Below, piece after piece: positions 41,561 to 53,002 of a stretch of DNA of 64,000 nt. The translations under genes were made by a program, and so were the position numbers. Source of the stretch: Lingula anatina. Taxonomy: Eukaryota; Animalia; Brachiopoda. Numbering within the stretch: position 1 is the stretch's first letter; every line of letters starts with the position of its first letter. The notes beneath the pieces were generated by a model, which did not search any database, had not been told where the DNA came from, and was given only the letters and a program-made list of their open reading frames with translations. The stretch spans positions 21,164,534 to 21,228,533 of the forward strand of contig CM120644.1 of the NCBI GenBank assembly GCA_051362555.1. The letters are read 5' to 3'.

Positions 41561-43818
41561 TGTGAAAGAAAATATTAAATACCCAACTGCAGGAATCATT
41601 TTAGTAAGTAAACAACACTTTTTCATATTGCCCTCTATACAAATAATGCAACTGCTCCTGGTATATGCCTTTAACTGTTTTGATAAATAAATTAATTAAT
41701 TAATTAATTAATCTAACAGGGAGTAGTATTACCTTAGCTGTCAGCTGTGGTACCATAAGGTCTGGAGTTTGTTTGTTACCCTAATCTCCATGACAACAGG
41801 TCCAGATGATCTTCTGCAAACACATGATCAAAGATGGCGTCCAGAGCCTCAGCAACCACCCACAATTTCTGGTCTTTGGTCACTACTTCCACAAGAAATG
41901 AGCCAAATTCTGAAGGAAAAAAAAAACTCAACATCAAAACTGCCAAATATACAGATACCAAACAGCAACCAGAATTTCAACAACATTAGCAAAAGAATTT
42001 TAAAAATTCTAAAAGCAATCAAAGTGTTCACCTTAACAACAGATGAAAGAAGTAAATGTTTTTTACTCTTCACAAGCTCTGTTGGTTTTATGATCATCTG
42101 TACACACTTTCATGTCAGAAAGCTTTCAATATTTTAAATTGTTATCAACTGGACGCAACAGTTCATTTAACACTGGTACTACTGAGTATTTGCTATGAGT
42201 AAACCATGAAAAAAATGTAAAATTCTTTGAAAACACAGACTTTCATGTCTAAAAAAGAAGTAAAATATTTTTTATTGGCCCAAATATTTTGGTTTGGTTT
42301 GGTTTTCTGACCAGCCATCAATACTACTGCGTCTACCATCTTTCATTATTTTAATCTGTCTGATGAACATACCACAAATGAACATTGGCAGTATTTATGA
42401 GTAAAGCAAAATTACATAAAACTTAAATAGGTCATAATATATAATATCAAATAATGTTAGAAAGAAAGAGTATTCCAACTTTAAGACACAGCAAATTCAA
42501 AGACTAAATAACATGACATACATGTACATATCTGGGGTACCTTGTAGGTGTGTTTTCATCTCTGTCTTAATGGTGTGGTGGCTCACTGATATTACAGCTA
42601 TTTTCAACTAGTGTTTCCCTGACCTATTGGTGCACTCACCTGAGAGACAAAACTTACAACGGTAACAAGCTGAGAGGAATAAATTATGTTTGAAACAGAA
42701 AGGCCAGCAAAAATGCAGTCACAAACAGTAAAATAACCTGCACATGCACCCACATTTAAAAAAGTCTATTCTTGCTCCTTTTTGAAAGTAACATGCCTTG
42801 GTGGAGTTAATGGATTAAGTTTTAATACCTATAACTGAACTAATTCTTTTATAAATTTCTTAACCTGAACATGCCCAGTAGTCAGGGGGTGTGTGGAGTC
42901 CATTTTTGCTGGGAAAATGTTCCATCTGAGAAAAATTTTATCTAAGTACACAAAGATTGGATGGCATAAGGTCCATTTTTTTTTTTTTTTTCAGAAAAAG
43001 AACCTCACTTTTGAAACTGCTGGCTGCTGAAGGGTTTCATAAATTGAATTAATTGAATGACTTATCACATCATCTACATGTACCGTACAGAACCAGCCTG
43101 GCATGTGTGACAAATACAAACTAACTGATAAAATCACTTCTTGTCTTTTAACTAGCTAGATGTTAGCTTGATGGTGTCATGTTACATGTTTACCAATGCT
43201 AAGTGAAGTAATAACAGATAATTATATGCAGTGGGTTGTGCAGATAACATCTTTTAATTATGGCACCTGAAGTATTGGAGAGAAATGACTTCAACCAATC
43301 AGATATGTCCACTGTAACCAGCAGTTACATCGTCCAATAGAATGACTGGATTCAAGATTTTAAACAGGGGGTTCCTAATACAACTTTATGCATTGCTCAG
43401 TACAAAAACTGGGTGCATTGGTAATGTTAACAACAAGTTCATACAGAATCCTAATGGATATTCTTATAGTGCTCTGATACTTGAATTGTGAACACAATTA
43501 CAGTATTGGAAAGGACAGATCAAGCCTCAATAAGTCTTATACCTTATCCAAGTGACTGACTGGCTCACAGCAAAATGTAAGACAGTAGTGTAACAATGGC
43601 TGACAGGAGTTGTCTGGAAAAGGAACGACAAAAAAAGGAAATTATGTGAAAAGAAGACTTGGAATCAGGACTCAATGTAACTTGTGAAAAGAATCTTTCA
43701 GTGATGAATCATCTCATGAAATTCAAGAAAATAAGTATACTGGACAGAAACCTTACAGAGTAGATTCTGTGACAAGACTTTTATATCACCAATTAAGTTC
43801 TTACAGCACTCAGTAAAA

Positions 43819-45117
43819 ATGTGCACAGGAGAGAGACCTTACAAGTGTAGATTCTGTGACAAGACTTTTACTCAAAAAGGCAATTGCACTGTGCATGAAA
43901 GAATTCATACTGGAGACAAACCTTACAAGTGTAGATTCTGTGACAAAACTTTTACTCAAAAAGGCCACTGTGCTGAGCATGAAAGAATTCATACCGGAGA
44001 CAAACCTTACAAGTGTAGATTCTGTGACAAAGCTTATAAAGACAAAACTTCTTGCATAAAGCATGAAAAAATTCACACAGGAGAGAGACCTTACAAGTGT
44101 AGATTCTGTGGCAAAACTTATAAAGACAAAACTACTTGCATAAAGCATGAAAGAATTCACACAGGAGAGAGACCTTACAAGTGTAGATTCTGTGACAAAA
44201 CTTTTACTCAAAAAGGCCATTGCACTGAGCATGAAAGAATTCATACTGGAGAGAGACCTAACAAGTGTAGATTCTGTTACAAAACTTTTACAGACAAATC
44301 AAATTGCATATCTCATGAGAGAATTCACACAGGTGAGAAACCTTACAAGTGCAGATTTTGTGACAAAACTTATAAAGACAAAACTTCTTGCATAAGGCAT
44401 GAAAGAATTCACACAGGAGAGAAACCTTACAAGTGCAGATTCTGTGACAAAACTTATAAAGACAAAACTGCTTGCATAAAGCATGAAAGAATTCACACAG
44501 GAGAGAAACCTTACAAGTGTAGATTCTGTGACAAAACTTTTACTCGAAAAGTCAATTGCACTGTGCACGAAAGAATTCATACTGGAGAGAAACCTTACAA
44601 GTGTAAATTCTGTGACAAAACTTTTACAGCCAAAACAAATTGCACATCTCATGAGAGAATTCACACAGGAGAGAGACCTTACAAGTGTAGATTCTGTGAC
44701 AAATTTTTTATAGACAAAAAATCTTGCATATGTCATGAGAGAATTCACACAGGAGAGAAACCCTACAAGTGCAGATTCTGTGACAAATTTTTTAAAGGCA
44801 AAAATTCTTGCATGTTTCATGAGAGAATTCACACAGGAGAGAAACCTTACAAGTGTAGATTCTGTGACAAAACTTTTACTCAAAATGGCCATTGCACTGA
44901 GCATGAAAGAATTCATACTGGAGAGAGACCTTACAAGTGCAGATTCTGTGACAAAACTTTTAAAGACATAACTTCTTGCATATATCATCAGAGAATTCAC
45001 ACAGGAGAGAGACCTTACAAGTGTAGATTCTGTGACAAAACTTTTACACAAAAAAAATGTTGTAACTTTCATGAAAAAAATCACACTGGAGACAAACATA
45101 TCTGTAATTTTTTTTAG
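43819..45117 (+). CDS. C2H2 zinc-finger protein, 15 tandem 28-aa fingers in one exon
   Basis: 432-aa ORF of YKCRFCDKxF/Yxxxxx-C-xxHERIH fingers with TGE(K/R)P linkers and 84-bp periodicity. Confidence 0.93.
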   Translation: MCTGERPYKCRFCDKTFTQKGNCTVHERIHTGDKPYKCRFCDKTFTQKGHCAEHERIHTGDKPYKCRFCDKAYKDKTSCIKHEKIHTGERPYKCRFCGKTYKDKTTCIKHERIHTGERPYKCRFCDKTFTQKGHCTEHERIHTGERPNKCRFCYKTFTDKSNCISHERIHTGEKPYKCRFCDKTYKDKTSCIRHERIHTGEKPYKCRFCDKTYKDKTACIKHERIHTGEKPYKCRFCDKTFTRKVNCTVHERIHTGEKPYKCKFCDKTFTAKTNCTSHERIHTGERPYKCRFCDKFFIDKKSCICHERIHTGEKPYKCRFCDKFFKGKNSCMFHERIHTGEKPYKCRFCDKTFTQNGHCTEHERIHTGERPYKCRFCDKTFKDITSCIYHQRIHTGERPYKCRFCDKTFTQKKCCNFHEKNHTGDKHICNFF

Positions 45118-45737
45118 AAAACATTCACTCCAAAAGGGAATTGCACTTACGATGAAATAATTTACACTGGAAACAAAACTTTTAAACAAGGTTTTTGCAC
45201 TGTCCATGAAACCATTCATACTGCAGAAAAGCACGATGCATGCAAGTTCTGTGACAAAGAGTTCAAACCAAAATTAGCCTGCACTAGCCCTAAAAGAATG
45301 CACACTTGTGAGAAACCAGACAAATGTGGAGTAGAATTCAGTCAAGGGAATAATTGCAGAACACAAGAAACAACGCACAACAAAAGAAAACATCTAGTTC
45401 AGATAATATATATGGAACTTTAGGCAATGAAGGCGAGCCTAACAATGCTCCAGATTCAGAGGGGGAGACAGATGAAATCAATAACGTGGAAAATAAACTG
45501 ACCAATAATAATGTCATAACCCATCATATATATGAGGAAGAAGGAGCAGAATACTATCACAAAGATGATGACACTTTTACCACGGAGAATGTCACCATCA
45601 ATACTGACAATGATGTCTATGAAATACATAAAAAGAACCACGCCAGGTGTCATCACTACAATTATAAAAAATCCTTTCCACAGCTCTCGATGATATGTTC
45701 AGATGACAGAAGCAGAAAACTAACTCTTACTTTATAA
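45118..45737 (+). pseudogene. Decayed fingers and acidic tail downstream of the stop codon
   Basis: The same frame continues after TAG with KTFTPKGNCTYDEIIYTG…CKFCDKEF…MHTCEKP. The acidic ORF 45354-45737 is in another frame. Confidence 0.55.
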
Positions 45738-46524
45738 CTATGCTATTGTTGGACATCTTAAGAACAATCAACTTTTATTTGTTTAGAGTTAAACAATAAT
45801 TATTACTTTTATACTGTGTAGGTTCAGTATTCATCAGACCATTTACTTCCATGATCAGATACATTATCTATGATAGATCATCTTTTAAAGAAGAATTGTA
45901 CTTGATATTACGCTAGAAAATCCCTGTCCTCTACCTTTATTGTTGAAAACAGATAGAGAAATAGACAAGTGTTTCATTTTCAAAGGACTTACATTTATAA
46001 GATGAAAAGAATTTACATTATTTGATTTTTTATGTATGAAATTTATATATCCAATGACTTAGAGACCGAATAAAGAGTTGAAAAAGAAACATCTTTTTCT
46101 TTATTCAACAAAATATCAAACTCCAAATGAATATTTGATAAAACCAGACATAGTAGACAGCCCTTTATAATATAGACTTTAAAGAAATAGATTCAATGAC
46201 AGATAGACAAGTCAGATGTAGAAAAAGAAAAATCTCAAAAAAGAAAGAAAGAAACTGTAGATGTAAAACTATATGCTTTGTCTAAAAGAAGTCAATGTAT
46301 TATCAGTGTTCCAAGGTTTTCTGACCAGCCATTAACAAGTCACTACTGTGTCAGCACAATTTCATATATTTTAAGTTATCAATTGAACACAAGCCCACCT
46401 AACATTCTGTATCAGTGGGTCAGAGACATTTAATAATTCACAGGCAATTTCTGTAACTTCACATGATAACTTTTTATTGTAGTCCTTAATTCCACATAAT
46501 ATGTTATGTAAAGTCTAAAGAGGT

Positions 46525-46582
46525 AAAGTAAGCTTGTTGACTATTCTGGTTAGTTAATCAGAATAATCAACAAGCTTACTTT
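46525..46582. repeat. Near-perfect inverted repeat (27-bp arms, 4-nt loop)
   Basis: aaagtaagcttgttgactattctggtt-agtt-aatcagaataatcaacaagcttacttt; 25 of 27 positions complementary. Confidence 0.9.
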
Positions 46583-46915
46583 TATAAGATGTTCATAAAG
46601 CCATTGTCTTGGTTTGGTACTAAAGAGTGTAATTCGCCACATATCGTTAGAATGTAACTGAGTAAGCAACAAGTACATTAAATGACTAAAACTGGTTATA
46701 AATATGATCGGATTTTCTCATAGGAATTTGCATGTAATGTAAATATTTTGACCACAAATCAGGAATGAGTATTACCGCATTATCCAACACAAATGCATAC
46801 AGCAGTGTCCGTATTTCGAGCCTGTTTGTAATTTTTATCAGTGTTAAATTTGCACAGTTCCAGACAAGTGAACCATAAGTGATGCTGAACTGTAGTCATC
46901 AAAAGATATTCTAGC

Positions 46916-46916
<1 letters not shown>

Positions 46917-46963
<47 letters not shown>
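46917..46963. repeat. (AAT)n microsatellite
   Basis: Direct reading. Confidence 0.95.
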
Positions 46964-46966
<3 letters not shown>

Positions 46967-47397
46967 CAACATATATGTCAATGAATCAAAATGTCAAAAC
47001 ATGGAAAATTCAGTAGTTAAGAAAATAGGCAGTGGCAGATTTAGAGGTGGGAAGCCACCCCCTTTGGTTTCTGAAAAATAAAACACAAATCTCAAAAACT
47101 AGCTTTCTTAGCTACAAGAATCTGTTGATCAAAATTTCATGTCTGATCACAGGTAATAATTGATATCATATATAAACTTAGCATTGATATAAAATCTATG
47201 AAAAATACAAATATAACCCACTGACAGTGACCTCTGTATTGTGGCCAACTGATGACCCCATCACTAATGGCCAGTTTACCTGAGTGTCCCTAGTGCTGTC
47301 TTCCCGACTTGTTAACAACTGACCACTAAGTGAAGGCCTTGGGTTGCCGGACCAGGCTGGAAACAGTGCTGCGGTTGACTCTGGTACTGACAGAACG

Positions 47398-47460
47398 CCC
47401 CCCCCCCCCCCCCCCCCCCCGTCTCGCCCCCCCCCCCCCCCCCCCCCCCCGTCTCGCCCC
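47398..47460. repeat. Two poly-C tracts each followed by gtctcg
   Basis: Direct reading; a related cccgtctcgcccc motif occurs at ~47714. Confidence 0.85.
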
Positions 47461-49493
47461 ACATGCCGGCTCCTACTACGTGTCATGGAATAGACCTCAC
47501 GGATCACGCTAAATAATAGAATGTTTGACGCATCTCGGGTAAATAAAAAGTGGTTTTCATGGGTTACAAATACACCCTAATTAAAGTTTGAAAATGCATA
47601 ATAACAGTGAATGATTCTTAAACAAATTGACTGGTTAGTGCTGAGGGAACGCATTCGCTCCCTGCTCAGTGTGACGCAGTTGGTTGTGAAAGGGTTAAGC
47701 GCCCCCCCCTCCTCCCGTCTCGCCCCTATCCCGGCTTCTCACCCTGAGCGTCAGCGATAACTTGAAACAAACATCTAAACTACATGTATGGCATACCCTT
47801 GTCGTTTCCAGTTACTTGAAACGGCAAGGGTTAATTGCGATTAAGATCTGACGTTCAGGGTGCGGCTCCTACACCTGTGTATCAAAACTATCCTTGGCTG
47901 GTTCATCTTCTGCCGGGAGTTGAACAGTTAACGTGGTCAATAAATTGTTAGGGAGAGACAGATGGCATAGAGAATTATCTTGTTATCTGCAAAGTGCTAC
48001 ACAGTGAAACTGGAAAAGTGTGCTATTTTTACACTCTTCTCAAAGATAATAATAGACTCTGATTATAGCAGCCCCACGCTCTCTTTTTATTTTGCGGTTC
48101 AATGGATACCTCTCTCTCTCGTCCGCCTCTCCCTAAAATGTTCCACTTCAGAAAAAATCAATAATGCTATGGGAGAATTGCACAGGCAATTGACCTACAT
48201 TCTCCACTGCAGTTATTGGCGCTAGTTTAACAATGTTATGACTTGGACGTGATAGCGTGATTCACACCTGTGACATGAAAGTTTATAATTTATATAAATA
48301 AATTAATAAACAGGGCGTGTCGATCAAATAATTGGAAAGATGTAAGTGTAAAGAGACATTGCTTTTTATGAAAATAATATAAACAACTTTACACAACCCA
48401 AAACCAGGAAAAATGCATTTTTCTCTTATATGCAAATTAGATTGCCTGTAGTAATATAAGGCTGTCCGGAAGTGATGTCCACATCAGAGATTTCAAATAG
48501 TGGTGATATTGATGACTAAAGCTATCTTAATTTTTATTATTTGATAAAAAATAATATATTTAGGCAACCGTATGTAATTTTCGCCTCGAAATAAAACAAA
48601 TTTATTTTTATTATGAATCAATGCTGGACCAACCCTTCGGAAGAATTTTGTAACAGCTAGAAGGCTGAGAAGGGCTCCTGGACGAGAGCCCCCGGTACAT
48701 ACCCCCCCCCCCCCCCCCTCTCTGACTTTTTATGGGCATACAGATTACTCGTATTCCAATGCTTTCTTACTTCATTTCATGATTTAAGTGTTTCCAAATG
48801 TTTGAGGTACTTATATAAAAAAGTAGTTCAATAACTTCAGGGTGTTGGAGAGAGATTTATTATTATTTTATTTTTTTTTTGGGGGGGGGAGGTAAAGGGG
48901 CTTGGAAGGTTTACAAGGTTGACGCTAGGAAACTGGTTAATTGCAACGCTTATGGTTCTCATCTATACTCATCCAGTATCGACTGAAAGAAAATACTAGA
49001 CTGCCGCCTTGCCCCAACCTCCCGTAGCTCACGGCACGGTTGAAAAGTTCAAAACTCTCCACATCAATTTGACATGCACCGCTCTTTAAATTCTATTTTT
49101 TCATACACAAAATGACACAAACTGATTCTACAAAATTAACGCATTTTTAATTTTTTTACTTTATGGAGATGCCAATTTCGAATAAAGTTATGTATTCACA
49201 GGTGTGTGCGGGACGTCATCTGTGTATTGTAAGGCTGACAGTAAAACCCTTTACAACTGAACAGTTTGGCTCGACAATAATCAACCGCTACCTACCTGGC
49301 AAATGTTTCTTATTTCGTTTGGTTTGTACATAGAATAATAATTATTTATCAGAAAGGTAACTCACACATACGCTTTTCGAATACTTCATGCTGTTTCCGG
49401 CGCGACTGCATGTCTAGAGAGGCAACATTTTTGATAATCAACACGAGTATACATGAAAATGAAAAAAAAAAGAAAAACAGCATTTCTCTGTCA

Positions 49494-49494
<1 letters not shown>

Positions 49495-49534
<40 letters not shown>
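49495..49534. repeat. (CA)n microsatellite
   Basis: Direct reading. Confidence 0.95.
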
Positions 49535-49539
<5 letters not shown>

Positions 49540-49765
49540 AATGGATTAAGTTAATAAGTCAGAAAAGCAAGTAAGACAAACGCCCTCAAACATAAAACTT
49601 TTTACGCTTAATTTTATAGACAAAGCAAAGAAAATTTACTGAACTGTATTGAGATGTCGTGTCCTGAAGTCTTATTCTTGGGGAAGTTGCTGATGAAGAG
49701 AATACGTTTTGTGATTCGCGCGCATGGTTTACTTTTTCTGGTAGAGATCAGTATAAAAATAGACT

Positions 49766-49788
49766 TGCATCGGCCGGGAATCGAACCC
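49766..49788 (-). tRNA. tRNA-Gly: tRNA-Gly(GCC), 3' fragment (B box/T-loop and acceptor strand) of an interrupted gene
   Basis: Minus strand reads GGGTTCGATTCCCGGCCGATGCA, followed 6 nt later by TTTTT (Pol III terminator, plus-strand aaaaa at 49755-49759). Confidence 0.88.
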
Positions 49789-49790
49789 AC

Positions 49791-50107
49791 TTAGGGCTCA
49801 ACTCACCCTGTTGAGAAATCTCAAGGCTGATTACATGGCTGATAATTGTTTGCATAACTGCTCAGGCACTGCCACTTAGCAGGTCCAGTCTAAGTCTGTG
49901 TGACAGCAATCAAGACAGTTAATTACTCTGACTTCAATCACTTGCTCTTCTGTGACAGATAAAAAAGCCTTAGACTGGTTGCGTAACAAGCAGTTATCAC
50001 ATCGTTGTGAAGCTCAGCTCATGCAGAGCAAGTACAAAGCCTTTGGCGCGCGCGCAGAGATAATTGTTTCCACATGGGATTCCTCAACAGGGTGAGTTGA
50101 TCCCTAA
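49791..50107. repeat. Left-end fold-back module with 29-bp inverted repeats (MITE-like, TTA/TAA boundaries)
   Basis: ttagggctcaactcaccctgttgagaaat vs attcctcaacagggtgagttgatccctaa (2 mismatches). Confidence 0.85.
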
Positions 50108-50181
50108 ATGACCATCTATCTAGCTAGAGACATATCTGTGAATATCTGTAAAAAATCTATCACTCGCCCTGGTAGAGGGTA
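50105..50181 (+). repeat. 77-bp direct repeat, left copy
   Basis: taaatgaccatctatctagctagagacat…ctcgccctggtagagggta; 75/77 identical to 57763-57839. Confidence 0.95.
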
Positions 50182-51018
50182 TTTAAGACCTATCTTGCGC
50201 GTAGGTTCATTTAAGGGAGACATAACCATTTTTTCTTGGTCAAGCCCAGAAGTTTTACGAGATAATCAAGGCATGTTTTCCGTTCGAGGATGTCCTGTGC
50301 CAGGATAATTTTGCGTGGGCGTTACACTCCTTGCCTCCCATTGTACTCAGCACTCTATACATTTCGACCAATCAGAGAGCGGCAAACGGGCACCACCCTC
50401 AAGTGTTGCGTCTCCTGCTTATATATAACTCCTTGGTCAAGCGTGGCATCAAGTCCCTTGCCATTATGGACGTGGTCCTGTGCGAGTTGTTCACAGCTTA
50501 AATGCATGTATTTAATTTAAATCAATTAGACAGTTGTTGACAATTGTTCAAGTCGAAGTTTTAGACATGATAATTAATTATGAGGCTTAGTACTTTTTGG
50601 TGGTGGTGCAGTAAGCCCAAGTTGTTATGGTCATCTGGACATACATGTACTAAGTATCGGTGATAATTGCAAAATTCATCACTTTATGAGTATGACAATA
50701 TGTCACTTTATTGACTACTTGGATGAGGTACTTCTTGGACATTTCGTTTTCCTGTATGTATTGCTGTGGTGTTTTTCAAAGAATGATTGCTCTATTTTGT
50801 TTTATTTCATCATCATCAGGAGTGACACGAGACTGAAGCAACTAAAATAAATTGTCAATGACAAAAAAATCACTAGACCACAATAAAATGTTCCTTACGG
50901 CTATCCTATTTCAGAAATTATCTGACAAACACGTTGTTTTTTGTCCGTTGTTGCTTTCAGCCACTTTTTAAACCTGTTCATTTATCATATAAATTAAATT
51001 AATTTTTTATCATACCAG

Positions 51019-51495
51019 GCTCCACCAGCGGTATGGGTTAGGAAACTACGTCGATTCGGCCGCCTTTTCGACCTTGACGGGGACGGCGTAGTTACCAAAG
51101 ACGAAGTCGTTCAAAAGACCGTAGAGGAAGCGGGAGACGCCCTTGACGGGAAAATGGCCGCAGAAGTCGCCGACGTTGAGGCCGAGGCATGGAGCACAGT
51201 GTTCGCTATGCCGGGGGCACGACAGTACAGCAGTGATCTCAGGAAGAGGAAGCTGAGAATGTGGGCACGAAGCGTCTTCCAAGTGGTCGACACAAACCAC
51301 GACTGTAAGCTGAGTGCAGCGGAACACGAGTTCACCTTTAAGATTTTCTTTCATGTTCCCCAGGCCGCTATTGCAGCATCCTTCGATGGAACTGATTTTA
51401 ACAACAATGACGAACTCGAAAAGATCGAATTTGTCAATGCAATTGTAGGATATTTCTGTAATAAATCACAGGATTCTGCACTGTTTGGGCTGTAG
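51019..51495 (+). CDS. SCP/aequorin-family EF-hand protein copy A (EF exon open; exon 1 eroded, possibly a pseudogene)
   Basis: Acceptor tcataccag, then APPAVWVRKLRRFGRLFDLDGDGVVTKDE…YFCNKSQDSALFGL*. A remnant FIDYLDEVLLGH at 50707-50742 resembles FKDLLDEKLFGQ of copy B exon 1. Confidence 0.75.
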   Translation, partial: APPAVWVRKLRRFGRLFDLDGDGVVTKDEVVQKTVEEAGDALDGKMAAEVADVEAEAWSTVFAMPGARQYSSDLRKRKLRMWARSVFQVVDTNHDCKLSAAEHEFTFKIFFHVPQAAIAASFDGTDFNNNDELEKIEFVNAIVGYFCNKSQDSALFGL

Positions 51496-52108
51496 GTAAA
51501 AAATAAAATCAGGCCTCACCTTTCTCTTGGACATGAGAGATTTAAAAGAAAAAATCTATCCAATTACTTACCACAACATGACAATTAATTGTGATCTTAC
51601 CGTATATGAACAGTAAGACTACATGTATATAGCCCAGTTATCACTGCGAGGACAAAAATACTTACTTCTAAGTAGTTCTTACAAGAACATGTAATTCAGA
51701 TTTTGAGTACACGTACTTACAACGAGTCGCCAACCGGCTGAGAAAATTCATCTTAATAAAGTTATTCTAAAATGTTTCTGTTCCATTATTATGTTAACAC
51801 CGTCCAATAAAACAAGTCAAAGCCTTAGCCCGAATTTATTGTGTAATAGCAGCTGTGTCTCAGTTTCCATAATAAGTTTGGAAATAGTAAAAAACTTGGT
51901 TTCCATCACGGAACAAATGTTTTTGGCTTCAAGACTTCTTGGATGTCTTTTTCATTACAGTCACCTCGAAATATTTTTAAAAAGATGAGGGGGAACTTGC
52001 TGAAATGTTTAGTGTGTTTGGGAGATGAAAGTTTACTGCTTGTTATCTGAGGGTCATGTGTAAGATAAGTGTGCGCACTTAACATGTTTTACCCTCTTTA
52101 AATAAAGT

Positions 52109-52153
52109 TTATTATTATTATTATTATTATTATTATTGTTATTATTATTATTA
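52109..52153. repeat. (TTA)n microsatellite
   Basis: Direct reading. Confidence 0.9.
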
Positions 52154-53002
52154 TCTACCTTGGGATATTTTATAACTCATAACATTCTACTGCTTCTTCA
52201 AATATTAAAGCGCGCATTCTCAATATATCTAACTTTCTACTTAGATGGATCCAACCCTGCGGGGACTCTTGCTGAATGCAATCAGATTAACTGAATGACA
52301 CGCCTCCTTGGGTACCTAGGGGTTGATTTTAAGTTAGAACTTCTGTGCGCTTTCGGTAGCACCAAAAACGAAGTGCACATGACAGTTGATCACCTCCTCA
52401 ACGAGTACCTGCAGAATTGTTTCTATATACGTAGAACGATAGTTTCGTTGGGAAAGCACCCTAAGTGTATGGATCACTACCCCTTACCTTGCACGACCTC
52501 TATCCGCAGCTGACTTAATGTATGTGTTACACGCGTGACACAACTGTGAAAACATGAGGATTACCTTAGATTTTCAACAGTAAAATAATAGCCGGAGGGC
52601 ACTCATGAATTTCAATTGTGAAAAAACAGTAAATAATACCTATGAAAATAATAACTGACCCCAACTGCACGACTCTCACATTTGTGGGTGTCAGTTCGTG
52701 CGTCATTTTTTAAGGATTGTCAAAATTATAACACTCAAAATAAGTGGGACAATAAAAGTGGGACTGACATTTGCTCGGGGGCAACGTGGGTAATAACAGC
52801 GACGTCAAGTAAGAGACATCTCTAATTTTCATCTTCCAAAAATATTTTTTCTAGCATGACATCGATGGGTATTAAAGTGATCTTCCATCGTTTACACCGC
52901 AACATTTGGTCTCGTCTACCCTTGTGTGCGGACGTTCCAGTTTGTTCCTTTCCACCACATAGCGGGTAAACCAAGCAGTTACCAGTAAAGCAATCCAGAA
53001 AG

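Noticed and set aside
36658-45117. PRDM9 or KRAB-ZNF assignment
   Set aside because: No PR/SET, SSXRD or KRAB-like exons are visible upstream.
43810-45234. Long antisense and alternate-frame ORFs over the zinc-finger array
   Set aside because: These are shadow ORFs produced by the 84-bp repeat.
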